Source of the DNA: Actinomycetes bacterium
Lineage (GTDB): Bacteria > Actinomycetota > Actinomycetes > Actinomycetales > Cellulomonadaceae
Direction: 5' to 3'
DNA length: 64,000 bases
Assembly: GCA_021793675.1 (NCBI GenBank)
Contig: JAJYSG010000004.1
Span: 2,536 to 66,535 of the forward strand
Shown in pieces: positions 29,220 to 39,528 of this stretch. The notes under the pieces are model-generated. The model did not search any database and was not told the DNA's origin. It was given only the letters and a program-made list of their open reading frames with translations. The position numbers and the translations under genes are program-made. Each line of letters starts with the position of its first letter. Position 1 is the first letter of the stretch.

Positions 29220-29285
29220 GCGGGTCCAGTGCTGGGGCCGGGCGGGTCCGGCGCTGGGACCGGGCGGGTCCGCCGCTGGGGCCGG
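29220..29285. repeat. 3 x 22-bp G-rich tandem repeat between xseA and xseB
   Basis: GCGGGTCCnnnGCTGGG(G/A)CCGG units at 29220, 29242, 29264. Confidence 0.85.
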
Positions 29286-29294
29286 CCGGGCCCG

Positions 29295-30629
29295 TCAGCC
29301 GCCGATCCGCGTCACCCGCGCCGCCACCCTGCCGCGTGCGACGCGCACCGCCAGCTCGTCGTCCACCGCGACCTCCTCCGGGCCGCGTACCACCAGGCCG
29401 TCCGCACGCTGCACGACCGCGTACCCGCGGTCGAGGGTCGCGGCGGGGGACAGTGCCCGCACCTGGGCGGCCAACCCGGCGACCTGGGTGCGGGCCTCGC
29501 TCAGCAGCCCCTGCGCCGTGCGACGGCCACGCCCGACCAGACCGTCGAGCCGCGCCTGGTGCGGCGCGAGCATGGTCTCCGGGTGCACCAGGACCGGCCT
29601 GCTGCGCAGCGCGTCGAGGCCGGCCTGCTCACGGGCGAGCCGGTGCTGGACGGCGCTGCGCGCGCGATGACGGGCCTGCAGCAGCGCGGCGCGCTCCGCC
29701 GTCACGTCCGGCACGATCCGCTTGGCCGCATCGGTCGGCGTGGAGGCCCGCCAGTCGGCGACCAGGTCGAGCAGCGGCGTGTCCAGGTGGTGTCCGATCG
29801 CACTGACGAGCGGCGTGCGGCAGGCTGCGGCGGCGCGCACCAGCGCCTCGTTGCTGAACGGCAGGAGGTCTTCGAAGCTGCCGCCGCCGCGGGCGACGAC
29901 GATGACCTCGACCGCAGGATCGGCGTCGAGCTCCCGGATCGCCGCGCTGACCTCGGGGACGGCGCGCGGCCCCTGCACGGTGACGCGGCGGATCTCGAAG
30001 CCGACCGCGGGCCAGCGGGCACGGGCGTTCGAGACGACGTCGTGCTCCGCGTCGCCCTGCTGGGCGCAGACGAGCCCGACGACCGCCGGCAGGAACGGCA
30101 GCGGGACCTTGCGGGCCTCGTCGAACAGTCCCTCTGCCGCCAGCACGCCCTTGAGCCGTTCGATCTGCGCGAGCAGCTCACCCAGCCCGACGAGGCGGAC
30201 GGCGTCACCCGCGAACGACAGGTCCCCGGTCCGTTCGACGAACCTGGGCCGGGCGTGCACGACGATCCGGGAGCCGTCGGCGAGCCGGTCGACGATCGGG
30301 CTGACGTCGCGCGCCGGCAGCGTGACCCGCAGCGACATGTCGAGGTCGACGTCGCGCAGCGTGAGGAAGTAGAGGTTGTTCCAGCGCTTGAGGTTGAGCA
30401 CCTGGCCCTCGACCCACACCGGGGACATCCGGCCGACGTAGTCCGCGATCTTCGGCACCAGGTGGCGCACCGGCCAGGGGCGCTCGGCCGTCGTCTCGGC
30501 GGCCTTGACCGGCAGTGGCAGCGAGGAACCGGTGCCGGACGGGACCGCCGGCGACCGGGGGTGGCCGTCGCGCTCGGTCCGGCGCCCCGCCGCTGGTTCC
30601 ACCGGGTGGGCGCGATCGTCGTCCGACAT
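29295..30629 (-). CDS. xseA: Exodeoxyribonuclease VII large subunit
   Basis: WVEGQV OB fold, ARGGGSFEDL, SAIGH, STPTDAA, TLDRGYA. Confidence 0.96.
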   Translation of the reverse strand: MSDDDRAHPVEPAAGRRTERDGHPRSPAVPSGTGSSLPLPVKAAETTAERPWPVRHLVPKIADYVGRMSPVWVEGQVLNLKRWNNLYFLTLRDVDLDMSLRVTLPARDVSPIVDRLADGSRIVVHARPRFVERTGDLSFAGDAVRLVGLGELLAQIERLKGVLAAEGLFDEARKVPLPFLPAVVGLVCAQQGDAEHDVVSNARARWPAVGFEIRRVTVQGPRAVPEVSAAIRELDADPAVEVIVVARGGGSFEDLLPFSNEALVRAAAACRTPLVSAIGHHLDTPLLDLVADWRASTPTDAAKRIVPDVTAERAALLQARHRARSAVQHRLAREQAGLDALRSRPVLVHPETMLAPHQARLDGLVGRGRRTAQGLLSEARTQVAGLAAQVRALSPAATLDRGYAVVQRADGLVVRGPEEVAVDDELAVRVARGRVAARVTRIGG

Positions 30630-30775
30630 GTCGACCAGCCTGCCGTACGCCACCGACGGGCTGCGCCGACCCGGCCGGTCGCAGCGGTGTCGCGACCGGT
30701 GCGCGGGTCGAGGAGGCCGCACCTGGCGCGGCACCGCCCGGCCGGGACGTCCGCCGCGGAACGTAGGGTGGTGGG

Positions 30776-31804
30776 GTGACTTCGTCGACCGGCGTGCGTG
30801 CCCGGCGTGTGCTGCTCGCGGCACCGCGCGGGTACTGCGCGGGAGTCGACCGGGCGGTCGTCGCCGTGGAGAAGGCCCTCGAGCAGTACGGCGCCCCCGT
30901 GTACGTGCGCAAGGAGATCGTCCACAACAAGTACGTCGTCGAGACGCTGGCCGCGCGGGGCGCGGTGTTCGTCCACGACACCGACGAGGTGCCCGAGGGT
31001 GCGCGCGTCGTGTTCTCCGCGCACGGGGTCTCGCCCGCGGTGCGGGCCGCCGCCGCCGCCCGGTCGCTCCTGACGATCGACGCCACGTGCCCCCTGGTGA
31101 CGAAGGTGCACAAGGAGGCCGTGCGGTTCGCCGCCGAGGACTACGACATCCTGCTCATCGGCCACGCCGGCCACGAGGAGGTCGAGGGCACCGCGGGCGA
31201 GGCGCCGGGCCACATCCAGGTGGTCAACTCGCCGGACGACGTCGACGCGGTGCAGGTGCGCGACCCGCAGCGGGTGGTGTGGATCTCCCAGACGACGCTG
31301 TCCGTGGACGAGGCCATGGAGACCGTCCGCCGCCTGCGCGAACGTTTCCCGCACCTCGCCGACCCGCCGTCCGACGACATCTGCTACGCCACCCAGAACC
31401 GTCAGGTGGCGGTGAAGAAGATGGCGCCGGAGTGCGACGTGGTCGTGGTCGTGGGGTCCGCGAACTCGTCGAACTCCGTCCGCCTCGTCGAGGTGGCCCG
31501 CGAGGCCGGCGCGGGGGCCGCGCACCGGATCGACGTCGCCGGTCAGATCGACCCCGGCTGGCTGGACGGTGCGACGACGGTCGGGGTCACCTCCGGCGCG
31601 TCCGTGCCGGAGATCCTCGTCCGCGACGTGCTCGACCGGCTCGCCACGCTCGGGTTCGGCGAGGTCGAGGAGGTGCGCACCGCGACGGAGGACCTGATGT
31701 TCTCCCTGCCCCGCGAGCTGCGCGCCGACCTGCGCACCGGTGGGGCCGACCCCGGGCGTGCCCGGTCGCAGGCTCGTCGCGACGCCGCCGACCGCTCCCT
31801 CTGA
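30776..31804 (+). CDS. ispH: 4-hydroxy-3-methylbut-2-enyl diphosphate reductase
   Basis: [28 protein letters not shown]. Confidence 0.97.
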   Translation: MTSSTGVRARRVLLAAPRGYCAGVDRAVVAVEKALEQYGAPVYVRKEIVHNKYVVETLAARGAVFVHDTDEVPEGARVVFSAHGVSPAVRAAAAARSLLTIDATCPLVTKVHKEAVRFAAEDYDILLIGHAGHEEVEGTAGEAPGHIQVVNSPDDVDAVQVRDPQRVVWISQTTLSVDEAMETVRRLRERFPHLADPPSDDICYATQNRQVAVKKMAPECDVVVVVGSANSSNSVRLVEVAREAGAGAAHRIDVAGQIDPGWLDGATTVGVTSGASVPEILVRDVLDRLATLGFGEVEEVRTATEDLMFSLPRELRADLRTGGADPGRARSQARRDAADRSL

Positions 31805-31831
31805 ACGGACTGACCCGCACCGGGGGCCCGC

Positions 31832-32980
31832 TCAGCCCGGGGTCGCCACCCCGCGCGCCTCGTCGAGCACCACCACCTGGTCGGTCGCGGACGCGACCAG
31901 CTCGGGTGCGTTGACCATCGACAACCGGGGGTCCACCGGCGCCGGCGTCGCCAGATCACCTTCCACCACGCCGAGGTCGGCGAACCGGCGGGCGCTGACG
32001 AGCACCCGGGTCTCCAGCGAGCCGACGACCTGGTTGTAGGCGGCGGCGGCGCCCTCCAGCGCGCGACCCAGCCGCGTGAGGTGGCCGCCCATGGTCGACA
32101 GCCGGCCGTGCAGCTCCTTGCCCAGGGACAGCACCTGCTGCGCGTTCGTGGCGAGCGCGTCCTGCTTCCACGCGTAGGCGACCGTGCGCAGCAGCGCGAG
32201 CAGCGTCGACGGCGTCGCGACGACGACGTGCCGCTCGAACGCGTACTCGGCCAGTGCCGGGTCGGCGTCGAGGGCCGCCTGCCAGAACGCGTCGGCCGGC
32301 ACGAACATGACGACGAACTCCGGGGCCGGCGCGAACTGGTCCCAGTACCGCTTCGCCGCGAGCTGGTCGACGTGACGCCGCACGTGCCGCGCGTGGTCGG
32401 CCAGGCGGGCGAGCCGCGTCGCCTCGTCGGGTGCCTGTGCCGCCTCGAGGAACCCGAGGAAGGCGACCTTCGAGTCGACCACCACGTGCTTGCCGCCGGC
32501 GAGCCGCACCACCAGGTCCGGCCGCAGCGCCCCGTCGTCGGTGCTCACCTGCTCCTGCTCGACGAAGTCGACGTGCGGCAGCATCCCGGCCGCCTCGACC
32601 ACGCGGCGCAGCTGCATCTCGCCCCACCGGCCGCGCACCTGCGGCGCCCGCAGCGCGGTGACGAGCTGCGCCGTCTCGCCGCGCAGCGACTCCGAGGCGG
32701 CCCGCATCTGCAGCACCTGCTCGGCCATGGCGGCCTGGCCGGCGGCCCTGGCTCGCTCGGCGGCGCCGACCTCTGCCCGCACCTGATCGAGCGTGCGTGT
32801 CAGCGGCTCGACCATCGCCCGCACCGACTGCTCCTGCGCCGCGAACTCGCCGGCGCGCGCCGCCGCGAGCTCGGCGCGCCGCACCCGCTCGGCAGCGCGG
32901 CCCGACGCCACCGCCCACGCCGGGGCGGCCCCCAGCACCGCCCCGACGACGAGCCCGACGAGCACCGACACGACATCCAT
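31832..32980 (-). CDS. rmuC: DNA recombination protein RmuC
   Basis: RGRWGE, RPD, VDSKV, FVVMFVP. Confidence 0.95.
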   Translation of the reverse strand: MDVVSVLVGLVVGAVLGAAPAWAVASGRAAERVRRAELAAARAGEFAAQEQSVRAMVEPLTRTLDQVRAEVGAAERARAAGQAAMAEQVLQMRAASESLRGETAQLVTALRAPQVRGRWGEMQLRRVVEAAGMLPHVDFVEQEQVSTDDGALRPDLVVRLAGGKHVVVDSKVAFLGFLEAAQAPDEATRLARLADHARHVRRHVDQLAAKRYWDQFAPAPEFVVMFVPADAFWQAALDADPALAEYAFERHVVVATPSTLLALLRTVAYAWKQDALATNAQQVLSLGKELHGRLSTMGGHLTRLGRALEGAAAAYNQVVGSLETRVLVSARRFADLGVVEGDLATPAPVDPRLSMVNAPELVASATDQVVVLDEARGVATPG

Positions 32981-33102
32981 GCGGGAACAGTCCCACGTGC
33001 CACCGACACGGCCACCCGGACCCGCGCCGCCGCACCCGGTCCGACCACGGCGAACCGGCGAACGCGCCGCCGCGTGTCCGATGCGCTCCCTATGCTGGCG
33101 CC

Positions 33103-33873
33103 GTGCCCGACGTCGCCCCCGCCCTCGTCCTGCGCGGCCTGTGGCGCCGCTTCGGTGCCAAGACCGCCGTCGCAGGCATCGACCTCGACGTCCCGGCCGG
33201 CTCCTTCTACGGTCTCGTCGGCCCGAACGGCGCGGGCAAGACGACGACGCTGCTCATGGCCACCGGACTGCTGCGCCCCGACGCCGGCCAGGTCTGGGTC
33301 GGCGGCGTCGACCTGTGGGCGGACCCGGTGCGTGGCAAGGCGCTGCTCGGCGTCCTCCCCGACGGCGTGCGGCTGTTCGACCGGCTCACCGGCGCGCAGC
33401 TGGTCACCTACGCCGGCCTGCTGCACGGCCTCGACCGCCCCACGGCCACCCGGCGTGCCAGTGAGCTGCTCGCGGCCGTCGACCTCGTCGCGGACCGCGA
33501 CACCCTCGTCGTCGACTACTCCGCCGGCATGGCGAAGAAGGTCTCCCTGGCGTGCGCGCTCGTGCACGCCCCGCGGCTCCTGGTGCTCGACGAGCCGTTC
33601 GAGGCCGTCGACCCCGTCTCGGCCGCCAACATCCGCGACATCCTCGCCGGCTACGTCCGGGGCGGCGGCACGGTCATCGTCTCGAGCCACGTCATGGACC
33701 TGGTGCAGCGGATGTGCGACCACGTCGCCGTCATCGCCGCCGGCCACGTGCTGGCGGCGGGCACGCTCGACGAGGTCCGCGCCGGCGCCACGCTGGAGGA
33801 CCGGTTCGTCGAGATGGTCGGCGGACGCACCGGCGGGGAGGGTCTCGCATGGTTGCGCACCTCCTCCGCCTGA
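33103..33873 (+). CDS. ABC transporter ATP-binding protein
   Basis: GPNGAGKT, YSAGM, LDEPF, SSH; TATGCT-6nt-GTG. Confidence 0.95.
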   Translation: MPDVAPALVLRGLWRRFGAKTAVAGIDLDVPAGSFYGLVGPNGAGKTTTLLMATGLLRPDAGQVWVGGVDLWADPVRGKALLGVLPDGVRLFDRLTGAQLVTYAGLLHGLDRPTATRRASELLAAVDLVADRDTLVVDYSAGMAKKVSLACALVHAPRLLVLDEPFEAVDPVSAANIRDILAGYVRGGGTVIVSSHVMDLVQRMCDHVAVIAAGHVLAAGTLDEVRAGATLEDRFVEMVGGRTGGEGLAWLRTSSA

Positions 33874-35408
33874 AGCTGACCCTCACCGCGAACGGGCTGC
33901 GCCGCAGCGCCTGGGTGCTCGTCGGCTTCGTCGTCGGTGCGCTCTACGGCGTCAGCGTGCTCATCGGCTCCCTCGTGGCGCTCGGCTACGTGTCGACGCA
34001 GGCGTTCGCGCTGCGTGAGATGACGGGCGTCCTGGCGGGCGCGGGTCTCGTCCTGGTGTGGTGGGTGGTGCCGCTCGTCGCGTTCGGTCTGGACGCGACC
34101 ATGGACCCGGCACGGTTCGCCCCGTTCCCCGTCCCGCGCTCGCGGCTCCTCGTCGGCCTCACGCTGGCCGGCCTGCTGGGCGTGCCCGGCCTGCTCACGC
34201 TCCTCGGCGCGGTCGGTTCGACGGTGCTGTGGTGGCGCGAGCCGGCCGCGATCCCGGTCGCCATCGTGGGCGCCCTGCTCGCCACGCTGACGTGCCTGCT
34301 GGGCTCGCGCGCGCTCACCGGGGCGCTGGCACGGATCGTCGTGCGGCGCCGGGTGCGCGAGGTGGGTGCCGCGCTCGTCGTGATCCCGCTCGTGCTCGCC
34401 GGGCCCGTCCTCACGCGGCTGATCCCGGCCGGCTACTCGCTGCGGGACGTCGACATCACGCCCGTGGTCCGCGTGGTCGCGTGGACGCCGCTGGGCGCGG
34501 CCTGGGGACTGGCGCCCGACGTCGCCGCCGGCCGCTGGGGTCAGGCGGCGGGCCGGCTGCTCGTCGCACTCGCCACGCTCGCCGTCGCCGCGCTGGCGTG
34601 GGACCGCAGCCTGCGCCGCGCGCTCGTCGAGCCGGTGCGCGAGACGACCCGGCGTCGCGACCGCGGGCTCGGCCTGATCCGCCGGGTGCCGGCGACCCCG
34701 CTGGGCGCCGTCTACGCGCGCTGCCTCACCTACTGGGCGCGCGACCCGCGGTACGCGCTGGCCGTCGTCATGGTGCCGGTGCTGCCGATCGTGTTCGCGC
34801 TGGTCGATCCGGGCGGCGGCTTCGTGCTGATGGCCGCGCCGCTGTCGGGGTTCCTCATGGGATGGGCGATCTCGGCGGACATCGCCTACGACGGCTCGGC
34901 GTTCTGGCTGCACGTCGCCTGCCCGGTGCGGGGCGTCGTCGACCGCTGGGGCCGGGCGCTAGCCGCCGCCACCGTCGCGGTCGTCGTGGTGGTGGTGCTG
35001 TCGGTGGTCAGCGCGCTGCTGGCGCACCGGCCCGGCCTGGTGCCCGCTCTCGTCGGCTCCGGCCTGGGGATGGCCGGCTGCGCGCTCGGTGTGGCGTCCG
35101 TCGCGTCGGCGCTGGTCGTCTACCCGGTGCGCCAGCCGGGGGACAGCCCGTTCTCGATGCGCCAGGGCGCGACGTTGCCGGCGTTCCTCACGCAGATCGG
35201 CGGCTGGGCGCTCGTCGGGGCGCTCTCGTTGCCGGTGACCGTGCTCGCCGGCGTCGCCGTGGCGGGGCACCCGGCGGCGGGCTGGGCCGCGCTCGTCGTC
35301 GGCCCGCTGCTCGGCGCGGGCGTGCTGGCGGTCGGCGCGTGGCTCGGCGGTCGGCTGCTGGATCGCACCGGCCCGGACCTGCTGCGCCGGCTGCTGGCGA
35401 TGACCTAG
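33849..35408 (+). CDS. ABC-2 type permease
   Basis: Multi-TM, overlaps ATPase gene, YWARDPRY motif. Confidence 0.88.
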   Translation: MVAHLLRLKLTLTANGLRRSAWVLVGFVVGALYGVSVLIGSLVALGYVSTQAFALREMTGVLAGAGLVLVWWVVPLVAFGLDATMDPARFAPFPVPRSRLLVGLTLAGLLGVPGLLTLLGAVGSTVLWWREPAAIPVAIVGALLATLTCLLGSRALTGALARIVVRRRVREVGAALVVIPLVLAGPVLTRLIPAGYSLRDVDITPVVRVVAWTPLGAAWGLAPDVAAGRWGQAAGRLLVALATLAVAALAWDRSLRRALVEPVRETTRRRDRGLGLIRRVPATPLGAVYARCLTYWARDPRYALAVVMVPVLPIVFALVDPGGGFVLMAAPLSGFLMGWAISADIAYDGSAFWLHVACPVRGVVDRWGRALAAATVAVVVVVVLSVVSALLAHRPGLVPALVGSGLGMAGCALGVASVASALVVYPVRQPGDSPFSMRQGATLPAFLTQIGGWALVGALSLPVTVLAGVAVAGHPAAGWAALVVGPLLGAGVLAVGAWLGGRLLDRTGPDLLRRLLAMT

Positions 35409-36055
35409 TCCTGCTCGGCCTCGTCGGCGGCAGGAGCCGCTGGGGCCGGGTCGCGCTCGGTCCGGTGCCGCCGGACCTGCCAGACGACGAAGGCGACGAC
35501 GACGATCCCGGCGACGACGAGCGCACCGTCCCGCCCGATCGCCTTCTCCACCGCCTGGTAGGAGGCCCCTGCCAGGTAGCCGACCGTGACGACGACGGCG
35601 CCCCACACCGCGCCGCCGGTGGCGTTGAACAGCAGGAACTTCCGGTAGGGCATCTTCACCGACCCCGCCAGCGCCGGCATGACGGCGCGGAAGAACGCCA
35701 CCCATCGGCCCAGCAGCACGGCCCAGCCGCCGCGCCGGGCCAGCAGGTCCTGGGCCTTGTCGAGACGCTCGCGCCGCCCGTCCAGCCGTCTGGACGCGAG
35801 GATGCGCGGGCCGATCTGTCGACCCACCTCGTACCCGACGCTGTCGCCCGCGATCGCGCAGAGGATGACGACGGCCATGACGCCCCAGAGCGGCACGTTC
35901 GGCCGGTGGGCGGCCACCCCGCCCAGGATCGCGGCGGTCTCCCCGGGCAGGATGAAGCCGACGAAGATGGCGTCCTCCGCGAAGACGACGAGCCCGACGA
36001 TCACGAACACCACCCACGGGGCGGACGTCAGCACGTGGTCGAGGAACGCGCTCAT
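35405..36055 (-). CDS. DedA family membrane protein
   Basis: LPGET, GDSVGYEVG, GRWVAFFR. Confidence 0.93.
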   Translation of the reverse strand: MSAFLDHVLTSAPWVVFVIVGLVVFAEDAIFVGFILPGETAAILGGVAAHRPNVPLWGVMAVVILCAIAGDSVGYEVGRQIGPRILASRRLDGRRERLDKAQDLLARRGGWAVLLGRWVAFFRAVMPALAGSVKMPYRKFLLFNATGGAVWGAVVVTVGYLAGASYQAVEKAIGRDGALVVAGIVVVAFVVWQVRRHRTERDPAPAAPAADEAEQD

Positions 36056-36108
36056 GAGCCGACGCTAGCCGACGGTCCCCGGACCGCCCGCCCGTAGACT
36101 CGTCCGAC

Positions 36109-37182
36109 GTGGCTCTCACCATCGGCATCGTCGGGCTCCCGAACGTCGGCAAGTCGACCCTCTTCAACGCGCTGACCCGGGCTCAGGTGCTGGCGGCGAA
36201 CTACCCGTTCGCGACGATCGAGCCCAACGTGGGCGTGGTCCCGCTGCCGGACCCGCGCCTCGACGTCCTGTCGCGGCTCTTCGACTCCGAGCGGATCGTG
36301 CCCGCCACGGTGTCCTTCGTCGACATCGCCGGCATCGTCAAGGGCGCCTCGGAGGGCGAGGGGCTGGGCAACAAGTTCCTCGCCAACATCCGCGAGGCCG
36401 ACGCGATCTGCGTGGTGACCAGGGCGTTCGCCGACCCCGACGTGGTGCACGTCACCGGCCGGGTGGACCCGCTCGACGACATCGCGACCATCCACACCGA
36501 GCTGGCGCTCGCTGACCTGCAGACGCTGGAGAAGGTGGTGCCGCGGCTGGAGAAGGAGGTCCGGGCCAAGAAAGCCGACCCCGTCGAGCTCGCCGCGGCG
36601 CAGGCCGCGCAGGCGGTCCTCTCGGAGGGCCGGGTGCTGCACGGCTCGGGCGTCGACGTCGAGGCGCTCGCGCCCTTCTTCCTGCTCACGACGAAGCCGT
36701 TCATCTACGTGTTCAACACGGACGACGCCGGTCTCGCGGACGCCGAGATGCAGGCGTCGCTGCGGGCGGCGGTGGCCCCGGCGGACGCGATCTTCCTCGA
36801 CGCCAAGTTCGAGGCCGAGCTCGTCGAGCTGGCGCCCGACGAGGCCCGCGAGATGCTCGCCGAGACCGGTCAGGAGGAGTCCGGGTTGGACCAGCTGGCC
36901 CGTGTCGGCTTCCACACCCTCGGCCTGCAGACCTACCTGACGGCGGGCCCGAAGGAGTCCCGCGCCTGGACCATCCACCAGGGCTGGACCGCCCCGCAGG
37001 CCGCCGGAGTCATCCACACCGACTTCCAGAAGGGCTTCATCAAGGCGGAGGTCATCTCGTACGCCGACCTCGTCGAGGCGGGCACCGTCGCTGCCGTGCG
37101 CGCCGCGGGCCGGGCCCGGATCGAGGGCAAGGACTACGTCATGGCCGACGGCGACGTGGTGGAGTTCCGCTTCAACGTCTAG
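36109..37182 (+). CDS. ychF: Redox-regulated ATPase YchF
   Basis: GLPNVGKST, DIAGIVKGAS, IHTDF, FRFNV C-terminus. Confidence 0.98.
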   Translation: MALTIGIVGLPNVGKSTLFNALTRAQVLAANYPFATIEPNVGVVPLPDPRLDVLSRLFDSERIVPATVSFVDIAGIVKGASEGEGLGNKFLANIREADAICVVTRAFADPDVVHVTGRVDPLDDIATIHTELALADLQTLEKVVPRLEKEVRAKKADPVELAAAQAAQAVLSEGRVLHGSGVDVEALAPFFLLTTKPFIYVFNTDDAGLADAEMQASLRAAVAPADAIFLDAKFEAELVELAPDEAREMLAETGQEESGLDQLARVGFHTLGLQTYLTAGPKESRAWTIHQGWTAPQAAGVIHTDFQKGFIKAEVISYADLVEAGTVAAVRAAGRARIEGKDYVMADGDVVEFRFNV

Positions 37183-37222
37183 GGCGTGTCTCCCATAGGT
37201 TCGGTGGGGCTGGCGGCAGCCT

Positions 37223-37648
37223 GTGCGGGTGACGACGGCTTCTTCGCGGTTCGCGGTGTTCGCTGACGAGCAGTGGGCGCGGATTGAGCCGTTGTTGCCG
37301 AGCAACGCAGGCCGTCGTGGGCATCCGTTCGAGGACAACCGGCGGGTGGTCGAGGGGATCGTCTACCGCTACCGGACCGGGATCCCGTGGCGGGACCTGC
37401 CGCGCGGGGAGTTCGGGCCGTGGCAGACGGTGTGGAAGCGGCACCGCCGCTATGCCGCGAACGGGACGTGGGACCGAGTGCTGGCTCGGTTGTTGGCCGA
37501 GGCCGACGCGGCAGGGCAGGTTGACTGGACGGTGAGCGTGGACGCCACGATCAACCGGGCCCATCAGCACGCGACGAACACCACGCGCCCGGAGCAGGAC
37601 ACAGGGGGCTCGTGCGAATCACAAGAATCTGCCGCTGACGGCGTGTGA
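37223..37648 (+). CDS. IS5 transposase, N-terminal ORF (orfA)
   Basis: DEQWARIEPLLP, RTGIPWRDLP, FGPWQTV, VDATINRAHQHA. Confidence 0.92.
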   Translation: MRVTTASSRFAVFADEQWARIEPLLPSNAGRRGHPFEDNRRVVEGIVYRYRTGIPWRDLPRGEFGPWQTVWKRHRRYAANGTWDRVLARLLAEADAAGQVDWTVSVDATINRAHQHATNTTRPEQDTGGSCESQESAADGV

Positions 37649-38144
37649 ACCTGCAGGTCACGGCATCGGACGCTCCCGTGGTGGGTTGACCACCAAGATC
37701 CATGCCGGTGTCGACGGGCACGGACGACCACTGGCGATCGTGGTGACCGGCGGGCAGCGCAACGACGGCGCGATGCTGACCGAAGTGCTCGCCGACATCC
37801 GTGTTCCCCGACTCGGTCGCGGCCGTGCACGCACCCGTCCCGATGCTGTCCTGGCCGACCGGGCCTACGCCTCCGGCGTCATCCGCCGTGAGCTTCGCCG
37901 CCGCGGCATCAAGGTCGTCATCCCCGAGAAGGTCGACCAGATCACCGCCCGCCAGCGGCGAGGCTCACGCGGCGGGCGGCCACCCACCTTTGACGCCGAC
38001 ACCTACAAGGACCGCAACGTCGTCGAACGCCACTTCGCGCTCACCAAGCAGTGGCGCGCCCTGGCCACCCGCTACGACAAACTCGCCACCACCTACCGCG
38101 CCGCCGTCGTCCTGGCCGCCTGCATCATCTGGACCCGCATCTGA
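37602..38144 (+). CDS. IS5 transposase, C-terminal ORF (orfB, +1 frame relative to orfA)
   Basis: IGRSRGGLTTKIH, ADRAY, YKDRNVVER, RALATRYDK; frame open across G5 run at 37604-37608; start is the inferred shift region. Confidence 0.9.
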   Translation, partial: QGARANHKNLPLTACEPAGHGIGRSRGGLTTKIHAGVDGHGRPLAIVVTGGQRNDGAMLTEVLADIRVPRLGRGRARTRPDAVLADRAYASGVIRRELRRRGIKVVIPEKVDQITARQRRGSRGGRPPTFDADTYKDRNVVERHFALTKQWRALATRYDKLATTYRAAVVLAACIIWTRI

Positions 38145-38211
38145 GAGAGACACGCACTGGCGGCCGGTGGGATCCTCGGCTCACCGGCACAGGCGTCGTC
38201 GTCGAGCCGGT

Positions 38212-38273
38212 CGGGGCACCCGGCACCCGGTCATCTCCCCAGAGCCGTGAGGTGCCGGGTGCCCCGCTCTTTT
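38212..38273 (+). terminator. 16-bp perfect inverted repeat followed by T tract
   Basis: CGGGGCACCCGGCACC (38212-38227) / GGTGCCGGGTGCCCCG (38251-38266) then CTCTTTT. Confidence 0.75.
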
Positions 38274-38285
38274 GAGCCAGGCCGG

Positions 38286-38792
38286 TCATTCCTGCGGGGC
38301 TACCAGGCCCAGCGCTGCGCAGAACGTGCCCACGTCCGCCCCGTCCGCGTTCGGCAGGACCGCGAGGCGCCCGTCGCGCAGCTCACACGCAGTCGGGTTC
38401 GGGACGTTGGGGATATCCACCTTCACGGAGCCGGTAGGGATGGCAGTCCATCCCGTAACGCACGAGTCGATCGCCTGCTGGACGCGCTCGGCCATCGGAA
38501 TCAGCCGTGTGGTCTGGTGTCCGTCATCGACCCAGACCGTGGTGGCATGGGGTGCTGAGAGGTCGGTCGTCGTGTAGCAGTCGAAGCTCGTGTTCAGCGC
38601 GTCCGTGGGGGCCGCATTGACGTAGATCGCGGCAGCCGTGGTCGCGCCGGCGATGACGAGCGCCGACCCGGCACCGGCCAGCGCCCAGGTGACACGCCTG
38701 CGATGCTTGCGTGTCTCGATGGTGGCGGCGATCTCGCGCCGCATCGTTGCGATCTGACCGTCCGTGGGGACGAAGTCCAGCGGAACACTCAT
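38286..38792 (-). CDS. Putative anti-sigma factor (single TM, Cys-containing extracytoplasmic domain)
   Basis: ATGA overlap with ECF sigma; short cytoplasmic N-terminus, RRR-TM, four external Cys. Confidence 0.75.
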   Translation of the reverse strand: MSVPLDFVPTDGQIATMRREIAATIETRKHRRRVTWALAGAGSALVIAGATTAAAIYVNAAPTDALNTSFDCYTTTDLSAPHATTVWVDDGHQTTRLIPMAERVQQAIDSCVTGWTAIPTGSVKVDIPNVPNPTACELRDGRLAVLPNADGADVGTFCAALGLVAPQE

Positions 38793-39394
38793 GCTCCGAC
38801 CTCCTTGTGATCGGCGAGACTGGCTTGCAGGCGTGAACGAAGCCGCGCAAGCCGATTGCGCACTGAGGCGTGACTGACACCCAGCTCGGCGGCCGCCTGC
38901 TGGTAGGAGCGGCCCATCTCGGTGCAGAGAATGAACAACCGTCGATCGATATCCGACAGCTGAGCGATGGCCTGATCGATTGCGACTCCGAGCATTCTGC
39001 GCTCGGCCGCGACGTCCGTCGTTTCTTCCTCGACCACGGCGTCGGCGTCGAGATCCATGAGTTGCCGCGAATCGCGCAGAGCCTTGCGTCGCTTCGCAAG
39101 GCTGATGTTGCGGCAGGCGACGAGAAGCCACGGGAGAGCCGAGTCGCCCACGAGAGTGATGGAACGTGCCTTCTCGAACGCGAGGACGAAGACATCCTGT
39201 GTGGCGTCCTCGGCGTCCCGTGGCGTCGCGCAAAGGCGCACCGCGTAGCGGTACACCGTCCTGACATGCCGGTCGTACAGCGTGCCGAACGCGGACCGGT
39301 CGCCGGCGCGCACGCGATCGAGAAGGACCCCGTCCAGCTCCTCGACGTCCGGCCACCCGGACGCCACTGCACGCTCCTCGCGGTCGACGGTCAC
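38789..39394 (-). CDS. ECF RNA polymerase sigma factor
   Basis: Region 2 LYDRH...DAEDATQDVF...PWL and region 4 SYQQAAAELGVSHASVRNRL. Confidence 0.95.
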   Translation of the reverse strand: MTVDREERAVASGWPDVEELDGVLLDRVRAGDRSAFGTLYDRHVRTVYRYAVRLCATPRDAEDATQDVFVLAFEKARSITLVGDSALPWLLVACRNISLAKRRKALRDSRQLMDLDADAVVEEETTDVAAERRMLGVAIDQAIAQLSDIDRRLFILCTEMGRSYQQAAAELGVSHASVRNRLARLRSRLQASLADHKEVGA

Positions 39395-39528
39395 GCTTCG
39401 TAGTGTCCTCGACCTCTGATTCGTCTCGCGCGACCTCGTCGGCTGCTCTTGCTGGTCCGCGCCGAGGGGAGGACGATGCCGGACGATTCCCTCATCGTGG
39501 AGGGGATGTCATCTGGGGAGATGAGCAC

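Larger units (their letters stand above)
37183..38156 (+). mobile_element. IS5 family (IS427-like group) insertion sequence with damaged right end
   Basis: Left IR GGCGTGTCTC after CTAG; right end GAGACACGCa followed by CTGG (38147-38160); two-ORF transposase. Confidence 0.9.

Noticed and set aside
38157-38210. Signal-peptide-like fragment (LAAGGILGSPAQA) beside the inner IS end
   Set aside because: Too short to distinguish from chance.
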